Part shown: piece after piece, positions 10,136 through 18,790 of the stretch
Layout of the letters: each line of letters begins with the position of its first letter
How positions within the stretch are numbered: the stretch's first letter is position 1
NCBI GenBank assembly: GCA_965215015.1
Contig: OZ244042.1
Location: forward strand, 2,496,001-2,560,000
Source: Candidatus Poribacteria bacterium
Lineage (GTDB): Bacteria > Poribacteria > WGA-4E > PCPOR2b
Direction: 5' to 3'
Length of the DNA stretch: 64,000 nt
Notes under the pieces: model-generated
What the model was told of the DNA's origin: nothing
The model's database searches: none
The model's input: the letters and a program-made list of their open reading frames with translations, nothing else
Translations under genes and position numbers: made by a program

Positions 10136-10228
10136 GCTCATGTTAAGAAACCGTGCAACAGACTCCGAGTTTTTTTTTCGGAAAAGTTCGGGGGTTGTTC
10201 GTGTTTCGCACTCTCTTTTTACATGAGC
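10136..10228. repeat. Family-B inverted-repeat element
   Basis: Ends gctcatgttaagaaaccgtgcaac / gtgtttcgcactctctttttacatgagc; related ends at 36072, 39104, 48768, 52422. Confidence 0.7.
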
Positions 10229-10251
10229 CAAAAAGAAATTTTCTTGCTCTT

Positions 10252-10669
10252 TAGGACTTACGCAGTTGAACGTTCAAAGCCAACACCAAAAAAGGTCGCG
10301 CAATGTTTATGGTTGGTTGAGCCAGGATTATGGCGCAATAGTCATGGTATCCTCAGTAATGAATCACCGGATAATACGACTCACGCCGCCCGATGAATTG
10401 GGCAACTACAGTTCAGCTGACAGGAGTAGGCACCGCGTGCGGTCACCCACCTCTAATTCCGAATACCCACCCGGTTCTCTTCCCATGCTTGCGGGGGGAC
10501 TGAGGGGGGTAAGAACCCCACCCCCTGGTTTCAAACCAGAAGGTTATAAATCCCAGACGGACAACCCACCGGGTATTTAGGAGGGAGGTGGGATGGCATA
10601 CGGCGTATGCCTGATACCTTAAAAACGCGCAATGAACGTGCAACTACAAACTCAAGTGCGTAACTCCTA
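10252..10669. mobile_element. Family-A MITE-like element with nested palindromes
   Basis: Terminal inverted repeats taggacttacgca / tgcgtaactccta; related ends at 13795, 30011, 47072. Confidence 0.7.
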
Positions 10670-10672
10670 ACT

Positions 10673-13501
10673 TTACAAGTTGTAACTCAAGCCGAACGAG
10701 AATGTCCGACCCGTGCGATACCGCACGTAGGTTTCGCCACCTTGCTCTAAGGTAACGTCAGGATTCAGCAAATTCTTTGCTGAAAGGTTCAAGCGAAGAA
10801 ATGGAAGCAGTTGTCTCCCAAATGTCACATCCAATTGGGAACGTGGCAGTTCAAAAACATCTGGACTGCCGTGGTTACCCACCTCCGCAATCCGTTTTCC
10901 GAAGACATGATACACAACCGCGGCAGTCATTTCCAAATCGGGATTGTCATATCCTAGGCTGGCGTTTACAACATAAGGCGACTGCCCTTGCAGTGCACGC
11001 TCAGAAGAGGTTTGAATCCCCACATCTGGCAGCTCAACTTTGGACGAGATGAACGCGACGTTGGTGTTGACCGACAGGTATCTCAACCTTGAAGCGAGGA
11101 TACTGAGGTTTTGGCGTATTTCCAATTCTAGCCCGAAGTTATTCGCCGCTTCCGCGTTCTCGTAAGTGATTCGGACTTCAGCTGCGGGTTGGATTATCTG
11201 CTCAATTGGCTTATGGAATTTTTTATAAAAACCGCTGATTGCTACCACGCCTCCCAATTCTGGGAAAACCTCCCAACGGATATCATAGTTATCAATCTGG
11301 GTGTGTTTAAGTTGTGGATTACCGAAAATCGTTCTGCCACCAACGAAATCCGTAAACTCAAAAGGTGCCAACTCCCGAAGGTCAGGCCTCGTCACCGTGC
11401 GAGAAGCGGCCAAACGTAGGTTCATCCGCTCCGTCAAACGATATGTTAGATTCAGACTTGGAAGGATATCCGTAGTATCCAGATTTGCTTCAATCGCTTC
11501 CTGCTCTGCAACGAAGGGATCGAAAGTCGTAACGTTCTGATCTGAAACCTCCAACCGAGCACCGGTGGTAACACGAAATTTCTTTGATATCGGTAGATCG
11601 ATCATGCCATAGCCAGCCCACACGCTATGGGCGGCGAGGTAGTTATCCGTCGCTCGTGTCGATTCCCGAAGCTCAAAGAGACCAGGGGCAATATGTTCTT
11701 CCATAAACAGCTCCTCCGGCGGGGCTGTCCGATCTAAGAATAACTCGATATTATCGGATGGCAAAAATCGAAAACGGCGGGCGTCAAACGTCCTATCGCG
11801 GTCTCTCCACATCCCGCCAACTTTGAACAATCCTGTTGTCAAAATTGGCATTGACCAGTCGAGCCTACCGCTAATTTCATCGTCTGCCAAATCAAAAAAG
11901 AACCGGCTACCGCTCTGAGTGATATCGCGGAAAAGCCAATCATTCTGGCGTTTCTCATAGATGACCTCGCGGGTATCAGGTTCGTTTCGCACCGCACGCG
12001 AGAAGGTCAAACGCCAAGAGAGCGTCGGGATCGGTTCAAACTCAGGGGCACTGATATCGCCTTCTGCCCCTGCTTCCCCATTAAGGTTTTCCGATGCAAA
12101 GCTAAATTCGTGATCGCCGGCAAGCTGGCTGGAAAGGAGACTACGTTCCACGTAGAGCAGGCGAGAACTTCGCATATCTGTGTCGCGGTCTGCGTTGAAA
12201 CCCTCCCAAGTCCGCGTTTCATCTTCGGCGGTATGGCTATATAGCGTCCTCAAACTCATTTTGTGTCCGGGTGAAAAACGTATACTCGTATTCAGCACTC
12301 CACCCCAGCTAACATCGTTGGCACTTCGCTCGACTAGATATTCCGTCACGGGAGTGAGCTCATCCAAACCTAACCGAAACGCATTCTGCTCTTCTGCCGG
12401 CCGATGACTGTGCCCATTACTATATGAGATAACCCCTAAATACCCGAAATCCTTTCCAACAAGTTGAGTGGAATTTCCAATGCTGAACTTATAGCTCTGA
12501 TTAGCCGGGGCAGTGTATCTTTCTGATGCCCACACATTATCAAAGGCTCTGCCGAACTTTTGAATCTCTTCTGGGGTGAATCCGCTTCTGGTAAAACGCC
12601 CACGCTCACGAATTGGAACGTCTGCCGGTTGATTTGCAATAATATCGGGTAGCGCGCGTGTGCCCTTGCCAAACCCAAACTTATCTAAATCACCGCCCGG
12701 ATACTCAAGAAGCTCCTTGCCGGTCGTTTCCGTATTAAAGCTACTGGACATTGATAGCGACATGGTAAACGCATCTGGAAAATCTTTCGTGAAGACCTGT
12801 ACCGATCCGCCAGCGAAGTTACCCGGCTGATCGGGGGAAAAGGTCTTAACAGTTTGGAGGCTTTCCAAAAGATTGGCAGGAAAAATATCCATCGGGACAA
12901 CGCGACGGTTGGGTTCAGGACTTGGAATCTGGACGCTGTTCAGTAAGGTGTTGCTATAGCGCTCTCCGAGACCACGCACAAAAACGTAGCGTCCACCCAC
13001 AATGCTGATGCCGGTGACCCGTTTTAATGCTTCCCCGGCATCCGAGACAGGGAGCTTAGCCATCAACTCTGTGCTGATGCTATCTTCGACGGCAAAACTC
13101 AATCGTCGCTTTTCCAGGAGACCCGTTTCACTAGATTCACTCAGGCGGACAGGTAAGTGTATAGGCCCCAGCTTAATGACTTGAGGGGTGAGGACGACAC
13201 GGAGGGTTTGCTTCGGTTGCGATTCGGGGACTTTAATTCCGGATACGGTCTGTGTGAGATAAAAAGGAAATCGGACGCTGATGTTGTAAGTGCCTAAGGG
13301 GACTTCGAGAATGAATACTCCGTCCTGATCTGTTGATACGCGCTGTTGGGTCGCGCTCAATACGACAGTTACATCTGCTATCGGTGCTTCTGTCGCTTCA
13401 TCGAGGACAATCCCTTCGATACGTCCAGTCTGTTGTGCGACGAGTGTTGACGGAGCCCAGCAGAGGCATACTATCAACACCCACAAGCGTGGTTGTTTCA
13501 T
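10673..13501 (-). CDS. TonB-dependent receptor with N-terminal carboxypeptidase-regulatory-like domain
   Basis: Signal peptide, plug motifs VFVRGLGERY and VKTFSPDQPGNFAGGSV, GNPQL, KNLLN, terminal GRTFSFGLSYNL. Confidence 0.95.
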   Translation of the reverse strand: MKQPRLWVLIVCLCWAPSTLVAQQTGRIEGIVLDEATEAPIADVTVVLSATQQRVSTDQDGVFILEVPLGTYNISVRFPFYLTQTVSGIKVPESQPKQTLRVVLTPQVIKLGPIHLPVRLSESSETGLLEKRRLSFAVEDSISTELMAKLPVSDAGEALKRVTGISIVGGRYVFVRGLGERYSNTLLNSVQIPSPEPNRRVVPMDIFPANLLESLQTVKTFSPDQPGNFAGGSVQVFTKDFPDAFTMSLSMSSSFNTETTGKELLEYPGGDLDKFGFGKGTRALPDIIANQPADVPIRERGRFTRSGFTPEEIQKFGRAFDNVWASERYTAPANQSYKFSIGNSTQLVGKDFGYLGVISYSNGHSHRPAEEQNAFRLGLDELTPVTEYLVERSANDVSWGGVLNTSIRFSPGHKMSLRTLYSHTAEDETRTWEGFNADRDTDMRSSRLLYVERSLLSSQLAGDHEFSFASENLNGEAGAEGDISAPEFEPIPTLSWRLTFSRAVRNEPDTREVIYEKRQNDWLFRDITQSGSRFFFDLADDEISGRLDWSMPILTTGLFKVGGMWRDRDRTFDARRFRFLPSDNIELFLDRTAPPEELFMEEHIAPGLFELRESTRATDNYLAAHSVWAGYGMIDLPISKKFRVTTGARLEVSDQNVTTFDPFVAEQEAIEANLDTTDILPSLNLTYRLTERMNLRLAASRTVTRPDLRELAPFEFTDFVGGRTIFGNPQLKHTQIDNYDIRWEVFPELGGVVAISGFYKKFHKPIEQIIQPAAEVRITYENAEAANNFGLELEIRQNLSILASRLRYLSVNTNVAFISSKVELPDVGIQTSSERALQGQSPYVVNASLGYDNPDLEMTAAVVYHVFGKRIAEVGNHGSPDVFELPRSQLDVTFGRQLLPFLRLNLSAKNLLNPDVTLEQGGETYVRYRTGRTFSFGLSYNL

Positions 13502-13544
13502 CTTTCTCCTGTTCTGATTATATCTGTTCGTTTTGGTGCCCCTA

Positions 13545-13578
13545 AGTATAGTTTAAGAGTGTTACAAAATTTTGACAT
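13545..13578 (-). promoter_or_regulatory. PhoB-dependent promoter of the TBDR operon
   Basis: Minus strand ATGTCAAAATTTTGTAAC (18-bp Pho-box-like), 10 nt, TATACT. Confidence 0.75.
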
Positions 13579-13722
13579 TTCTGTCGATTTTTTGTGGCAA
13601 TCAATCTCCGTAGAAGTTATCCGGTTTAGGGCATTTGCACCTGGGAGCGGTAAAATGAAATTTAGGTTGAAGAGTAAAAACCCTCCAACCCAAATTTCTC
13701 GATTTCCCAACCAATGCCCAGA

Positions 13723-13756
13723 AGTATAGCGTAGAAATGTTACAAAATCTTAGCGT
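13723..13756 (-). promoter_or_regulatory. Second, upstream Pho-box-like promoter
   Basis: Minus strand ACGCTAAGATTTTGTAAC, 10 nt, TATACT; same geometry as 13545 and 17671. Confidence 0.55.
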
Positions 13757-13794
13757 TCCTTTGGCTTTTTTATAAACAGTGTTTTTTTTATTTT

Positions 13795-13960
13795 TAGGAC
13801 TTACGCGCTTTAGCTTATAGTAGTGCAATTCAATCTGCCTCACGATAAACCATAAATCGCATAACTGTCGCTGCTCGATTCAGCGAGCGTTGAGAGGCAC
13901 CTTCACCGGCGATGAATCGATGAACTACAAGGCTTCGAGGGCGCAACTGCGTAAGTCCTA
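13795..13960. mobile_element. Family-A MITE-like element (reverse orientation)
   Basis: taggacttacgc ... caactgcgtaagtccta ends; internal gatgaatc..aactaca REP-like unit. Confidence 0.68.
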
Positions 13961-14147
13961 TTTTCGGTTTTTTTTGCACAATTTCTTAACATGAGCATTT
14001 TTTGCAAAAAAAGAGCTAAACTTTTTCAGATGAACTTGACTTTCAGGTGGAATGCTTCAACGATTATGGAAATGAGTTCACTTTCCTCAAGAATGCACCG
14101 TTCATTTGTAACGCAGATGAAATAGCCTTTCAGAAGGAGGAACAGCC

Positions 14148-14786
14148 ATGACATAACAACGAGGCCCCCATTACTCAAAAAAGTGTCCTTTCCATATTAC
14201 CCCCAATCAACCCTTAAGTGCGGAGCAGTCAATTAACCGATGTGTAAGGTGCGTGACCTATAGTGACCCACGGCTTCAAGGCATGAAAGCCGATTTGCAT
14301 CAAGTCGCGTATCTGACCATCTGTGAAAACTTGCCGGAGTATGATCCAGACCATCAAACCGGCGCGAGTCTGAGCACGTTTATTCGTTCCCGGGTGTGTG
14401 CCAAGCTCTGGAATGAAAGCGAAAAACGCCTTAAATCAATTCCATTTTCTACGATTGAGGCAGTTCAAGAGCCTCAACAATTTGTAGACAATCCATTGGT
14501 CGATGGTCTGACAAGAGAGGCGTGTCAATGTGAAGGCATTGATGAAACTGTGGCGTGGGATGTCGCCGTTGAACAATTCAAGACATTGCTTCCACAGCTT
14601 CTGTCCCGTTTATCTGAGAAGGAAGGTATGGTCTTGAAATTGAAGTTTTTTGAGGAGCACCAAGCCGTAGAGATAGCAAAACAGCTTGGTGTTAGTGAGG
14701 GGCGCGTCAGTCAGCTGACCCGTGCCGCCCTTGCTAAATTGCAGAAAGCCTACATTTCTGGGGCAATCCAGTCATGGGGGCTTTAA
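14148..14786 (+). pseudogene. Sigma-70 family factor with TAA at codon 3
   Basis: AAGGAGG RBS then ATG ACA TAA; frame continues into the 14253-14786 ORF with YDPDHQTGASLSTFI and region-4 HTH EIAKQLGVSEGRVSQL; a shorter product from an internal start is not excluded. Confidence 0.7.
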
Positions 14787-14854
14787 AGGGTTTCCGCTTC
14801 AAGATTATCACTAGGGTAATCTTGATTAACCGATAACTTAAAGGAGGGTTTATC

Positions 14855-15355
14855 ATGTTGACTTTACGGCGTTTCAAAGGAGCGATGCTTACGGTTCTGG
14901 TGGCTCTATTAATTTGCGCGGTGGGGGCTTACACCGTTTCTGCCACAACCGAATCTGGATATAAGAGTAATATCTATTGAGAGTTTAGTTTGGATAATCT
15001 TGAGGCAGCGAATGGGTGGACTTACAGCGATCACTACGTTTATATCATAAATAATCGGCACAGGAGGATTACGGTTGACTGGGAGTTTTCACACAAAATC
15101 CTGGAACGTGGTGCCGTGAATCATGATTTGCCGGATGATACCGTCTTTGGGACCGTCATCATTGATGGGTTGGGACAGCCTGGTGGAGACGTGAGGTTTT
15201 CTCTTTCCGATGTCCGTCAGGCTTATTACGGTCACTTAGACATAGACCTTGAGGACCACGACTATTATCTTGAAGCCTATACACGGATCAATATACATGG
15301 ACTTAGCATCCCAACGGATAAGATCACAGATACGTTGAATCTTCCGGCTGGGTAA
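14855..15355 (+). pseudogene. Secreted protein interrupted by in-frame TGA (14978-14980)
   Basis: AAGGAGG RBS, signal peptide MLTLRRFKG...TVSA, in frame with ORF 14990-15355 across one TGA. Confidence 0.7.
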
Positions 15356-15365
15356 AGGAGGGACT

Positions 15366-16343
15366 ATGCGGCTGGCACTGCTCGTGGCTTGCCTTTGGCT
15401 AGCCACGAGCCCCCTTCAGGGCAAAATTGTCTTTTATTCTAATCGTAAAGGAACCACCGAAGTCCATACGATGGACTCGGACGGGAGCAACCAGACACAG
15501 TTGACATTCAACAAGGTGAGTGATTCTGCACCGGCGTGGTCTCCCAACGGGCGACAGATTGTGTTCCATAGCACACGCGATAAAAATTGGGAGATTTATG
15601 TGATGGATGCAGACGAGAGCAATCCACGCAACCTGACCCGTCACCCGGCAAATGATGCCTTTCCCGAGTGGTCTCCCGATGGTTCACAGATTGCGTTTGA
15701 TAGTGACCGCGGAGACGGCGCAATCAACCTTTACGTGGTGGACGCTTTAGGGAACAACGTGAAGCAGCTCACACACATGCGGATTGAACACTGGGAACTC
15801 GCATCGAAACCGAGGTGGTCGCCGAACGGAGAGTGGATACTCTTTGAGGGCAATATTGTTGAGGGTAATCTGGAGCAGGGCCGACAGATTTATGCGATTC
15901 GTCCCGACGGCACCGACCGATGGCGAGTCTCTAAACCTGTCCCAAAAACCTCCATGTTTTTGGGAGGTTGGTCGCCGGACGGGAGACGGATTTTGTATAA
16001 GGGGAGCATTGGCGGGAATGTGATGAACTCGTTTGCAGTCATTGCCACACTCGACTCGCGCTCGAAGGTCACAACGCGGCAGGAAGTCGCCATGCCCGAA
16101 CTGCCTTTTGCGACCGTTAGTTTTGGTGCAGATGGGAAGTCGATACTCTTTAGGGGAAAGCGGGGTCATGTGTGGAACATCTACCGGTTCCATCTTAGTG
16201 ATAGGCAGCTGATCCAGTTGACTGATATACCGACCAATATACCCGGGAAATATTCTGGTGTCCGGGAATGGAATCCGCGCCTGCCGGTCTCGCCACAGGA
16301 ACTGACCCCCACACTTTTGGGGGAGATAAAGACAACCCAGTAG
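15366..16343 (+). CDS. TolB-like PD40 beta-propeller secreted protein
   Basis: Signal peptide; repeated PAWSPNG/PEWSPDG/PRWSPNG/GWSPDG; C-terminal LPVSPQ...LLGEIK tail. Confidence 0.9.
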   Translation: MRLALLVACLWLATSPLQGKIVFYSNRKGTTEVHTMDSDGSNQTQLTFNKVSDSAPAWSPNGRQIVFHSTRDKNWEIYVMDADESNPRNLTRHPANDAFPEWSPDGSQIAFDSDRGDGAINLYVVDALGNNVKQLTHMRIEHWELASKPRWSPNGEWILFEGNIVEGNLEQGRQIYAIRPDGTDRWRVSKPVPKTSMFLGGWSPDGRRILYKGSIGGNVMNSFAVIATLDSRSKVTTRQEVAMPELPFATVSFGADGKSILFRGKRGHVWNIYRFHLSDRQLIQLTDIPTNIPGKYSGVREWNPRLPVSPQELTPTLLGEIKTTQ

Positions 16344-16359
16344 AAATCAGGTGCAACCG

Positions 16360-16429
16360 ATGCGTATTTTTATCCTCGTGGCTTGCCTTTGGCTAGCCAC
16401 GAGCCCCCCTGAGTGCAAAATGGTGTATA
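16360..16429 (+). pseudogene. Truncated 5' remnant of a second TolB-like paralog
   Basis: ctcgtggcttgcctttggctagccacgagccccc is identical to the 5' end of the 15366 gene; reading frame lost right after. Confidence 0.65.
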
Positions 16430-16442
16430 ACACCTGTTTTGC

Positions 16443-16668
16443 TGACAAGCTCCCGCAGCTCAAACCCTTTAGGGAGAGGAGGTGGTGTTTTCCGTCTCAC
16501 CCGTGGCCCCCGTAGTTCATTGAACTGCTTAAGGAGGGGGCAGGTCGCTGTCCACTGGAGTAGGCATCGTCAGACAGGATTCGGATCGCCAGTGCTGTTG
16601 ATACCACAATTCGACCTCTATTGGGATGGGTCAGAATTCCAACCCTTTAGGGTGTGGGAGTAGGTCAA
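16443..16668 (+). mobile_element. Non-autonomous IS200/IS605-like element, possibly retaining a TnpB-type right-end RNA scaffold
   Basis: Right end gaattccaaccctttagggtgtgggagtaggtcaa; left end tgacaagctcccgc..accctttaggg; no tnpA/tnpB ORF. Confidence 0.6.
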
Positions 16669-16789
16669 CCGAATATGCTCAGAGATTAAGCAAGAGTATA
16701 TCTTTTAAATGTAGCGATTTTATGGAAATCTTGTGGCAAATTGGTGGAGATTCTTTGGCTATTTTGTTACAGACGTTGGAAGGTCCATA

Positions 16790-16823
16790 AAAAAGCCCGG
16801 TGAGCATTTCCCCACCGGGCTTT
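16790..16823 (-). terminator. Intrinsic terminator of phoB
   Basis: aaagcccggtg-loop-caccgggcttt stem with a minus-strand U tract. Confidence 0.8.
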
Positions 16824-16863
16824 ACTATCCTTGATTCAATTAACATTTGATACCTTTGTGCTG

Positions 16864-17550
16864 TTACTCCTTGAGCCGATAACCAACTCCATGCACCGTC
16901 TCAATCCGTTCTCCGAATTGTCCTAACTTGCGCCGCAAACGACTTACATGGGTATCCATCGTGCGTTCAATGCCGTAATACTCTTGTCCCCAAACCGCAT
17001 CCATCAGAATACTGCGCGTGAAAACACGCCCCGGAGAATGAGCAAATAGGGAAAGAATTTTGAACTCTGTGGCAGTCAGATCAATTGCATTTCCCTCGCT
17101 GAATACTTGATGTCTGTCCAAATCAATCTTTAAGCCATCAATCTGGATTTGGTTTGAAGGCTTGTTACATGGGACGTTAGGGGCACGGCGTAGCACGGCA
17201 CGGACTCTCAACAAAACTTCTCGTGGGCTAAATGGTTTGGTGATGTAGTCGTCTGCTCCTAACTCCAACCCGACAATTCGATCGATTGCCTCGCCTTTTG
17301 CTGTTAACATAATAATGGGAATATCTGCAGTCTCGGGATAGCGTTTCAAGGTACGACAAATCTCCAGACCGTCTACCTCTGGAAGCAATAGATCCAAAAG
17401 AACGAGATCGGGTTGCTCGATTTTAACCCGCTCAAGGGCCTCCGACCCGTTAAGGACTGCATCGGTCTTAAAGCCTGCTTGGTGCAAGTTGTACACTAAC
17501 AATTCAACAATATCAGGCTCATCTTCAACAATCAGAATCTTTGGTGCCAT
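16864..17550 (-). CDS. phoB: PhoB/OmpR-family response regulator
   Basis: ILIVEDE, LVLLDLLLP, GADDYITKPFSPRE, wHTH ETVHGVGY; Pho-box promoter and pst context. Confidence 0.85.
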   Translation of the reverse strand: MAPKILIVEDEPDIVELLVYNLHQAGFKTDAVLNGSEALERVKIEQPDLVLLDLLLPEVDGLEICRTLKRYPETADIPIIMLTAKGEAIDRIVGLELGADDYITKPFSPREVLLRVRAVLRRAPNVPCNKPSNQIQIDGLKIDLDRHQVFSEGNAIDLTATEFKILSLFAHSPGRVFTRSILMDAVWGQEYYGIERTMDTHVSRLRRKLGQFGERIETVHGVGYRLKE

Positions 17551-17670
17551 TTGCCTTCTCGAAGATGTTGTGAATCTAGACAGCAAAAGCGTGGTCAAAG
17601 CAAAACGCTAAATTGCGCTGCTGCCAGAATTTGACATGTGTCCCAACTATAATAAACAAAAAGCATAAAA

Positions 17671-17704
17671 ATTATAAATAAGAAATGTTACAAAATTTTG
17701 GCAT
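17671..17704 (-). promoter_or_regulatory. Autoregulatory Pho-box promoter of phoB
   Basis: Minus strand ATGCCAAAATTTTGTAAC, 10 nt, TATAAT; 17687-17710 nearly identical to 13561-13584. Confidence 0.78.
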
Positions 17705-18123
17705 TTCTATGACTTTGTTGTGTGAATTTGTATATCACTGTTCCTGATAGGGATCTCCAAAATTCAAAAAAATTGTCACTTCACAGATGGTTATGAGCTT
17801 CCGAATTATCCTTCCCAAAACGACAGCACCCGTTTAACCTCATCTCTGTAACCGACAATCAAGGGTGTTCGCCCGTGGATAGACTGTGGCTGTTTTTCTA
17901 GGATACGCTGCCTCCCGTCACTAGCAACCCTCCTGCTTACTTTGCCAAGAAAGCAGGAGGATTGGCTTCGTATAACAACCGCAGCTTACCCAATCAATCT
18001 TTCTGCGTTGGCGGATAAAGAAACGCATCGCCGCGGAGGAGTGAGCGGTGGAAGTCAGAAACTAGTGAGCCGCATACCGTGTACATAATGAGGGGCGTGC
18101 TCAAAACATCATTTCAGTCGTTA

Positions 18124-18657
18124 TTACAGTTCCCGAATCCGAATATTACGGAATTGAACAGGTCCATGGTCACCCTGCAACATCAAGGGGCCTTTGGGTG
18201 GATTGTCATCACCGAGTTGCCCGCCTGTCGGTCCCTCAATGATCACATTATCGTGAATCTTGACCCTGTTTAAGAATACCGTCAGACTCATGCCCTTGAG
18301 CGTTGCCTCCACCGTTTGCCATTCCCCTGCTGGCTTGCTCGCTTCGGTATCCACATGTTTTTGATTATAAAGGGCACCATTCTCCGCCGGGTACGAATAG
18401 GTCTTCCCTAGACTGTCTAAAATCTGGATCTCATATCGACCCCGGAGGTAGATGCCACTGTTGCTATCCTTTGGTACTAGATACTCGATATGCAGTTCAA
18501 AATCGGCAAACTCTTGTTCCGTGATGATGTCTACACCCTTATCAGTGTTGTCAAGGATGCCGTCGTGAACAACCCACTTGTGTTCTTGGTCTGGATGCCG
18601 CATTCGCCAACCGGTGAGATCTGTTCCATTAAAAAGTTGAATTGATTCATTTGCCAT
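18124..18657 (-). CDS. DUF1080 (3-keto-disaccharide hydrolase-like) protein
   Basis: LFNGTDLTGW, DSNSGIYLRGRYEIQILD, LQGDHGPVQFRNIRIREL. Confidence 0.9.
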   Translation of the reverse strand: MANESIQLFNGTDLTGWRMRHPDQEHKWVVHDGILDNTDKGVDIITEQEFADFELHIEYLVPKDSNSGIYLRGRYEIQILDSLGKTYSYPAENGALYNQKHVDTEASKPAGEWQTVEATLKGMSLTVFLNRVKIHDNVIIEGPTGGQLGDDNPPKGPLMLQGDHGPVQFRNIRIREL

Positions 18658-18790
18658 AAACGTCGTCTCCTTTGCAGTGAATTGAATTACGCTTATTAGG
18701 GTGCTCCAGTCAGTAGGGTAACCTCCACGCACCCCAAAGAATGAGGGTGAGATAACTCTACCCGTATTATCTACCCGCTAGAATTAGCCA

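Noticed and set aside
9881-10643. ORFs 9881-10396, 10266-10580, 10443-10643 (also 13601-13843, 29906-30280, 47031-47267)
   Set aside because: They are translations of repeat elements (RTYA/RSYT-type ends) without RBS or protein motifs
14978-14980. In-frame TGA as selenocysteine
   Set aside because: No Cys-type redox context and no clear downstream hairpin; the neighbouring gene also has a nonsense codon, so decay (e.g. TGG->TGA) is more likely
17790-18080. phoR remnant or ncRNA upstream of phoB
   Set aside because: No kinase motifs seen; only an isolated hairpin (cctcctgctt/aagcaggagg)
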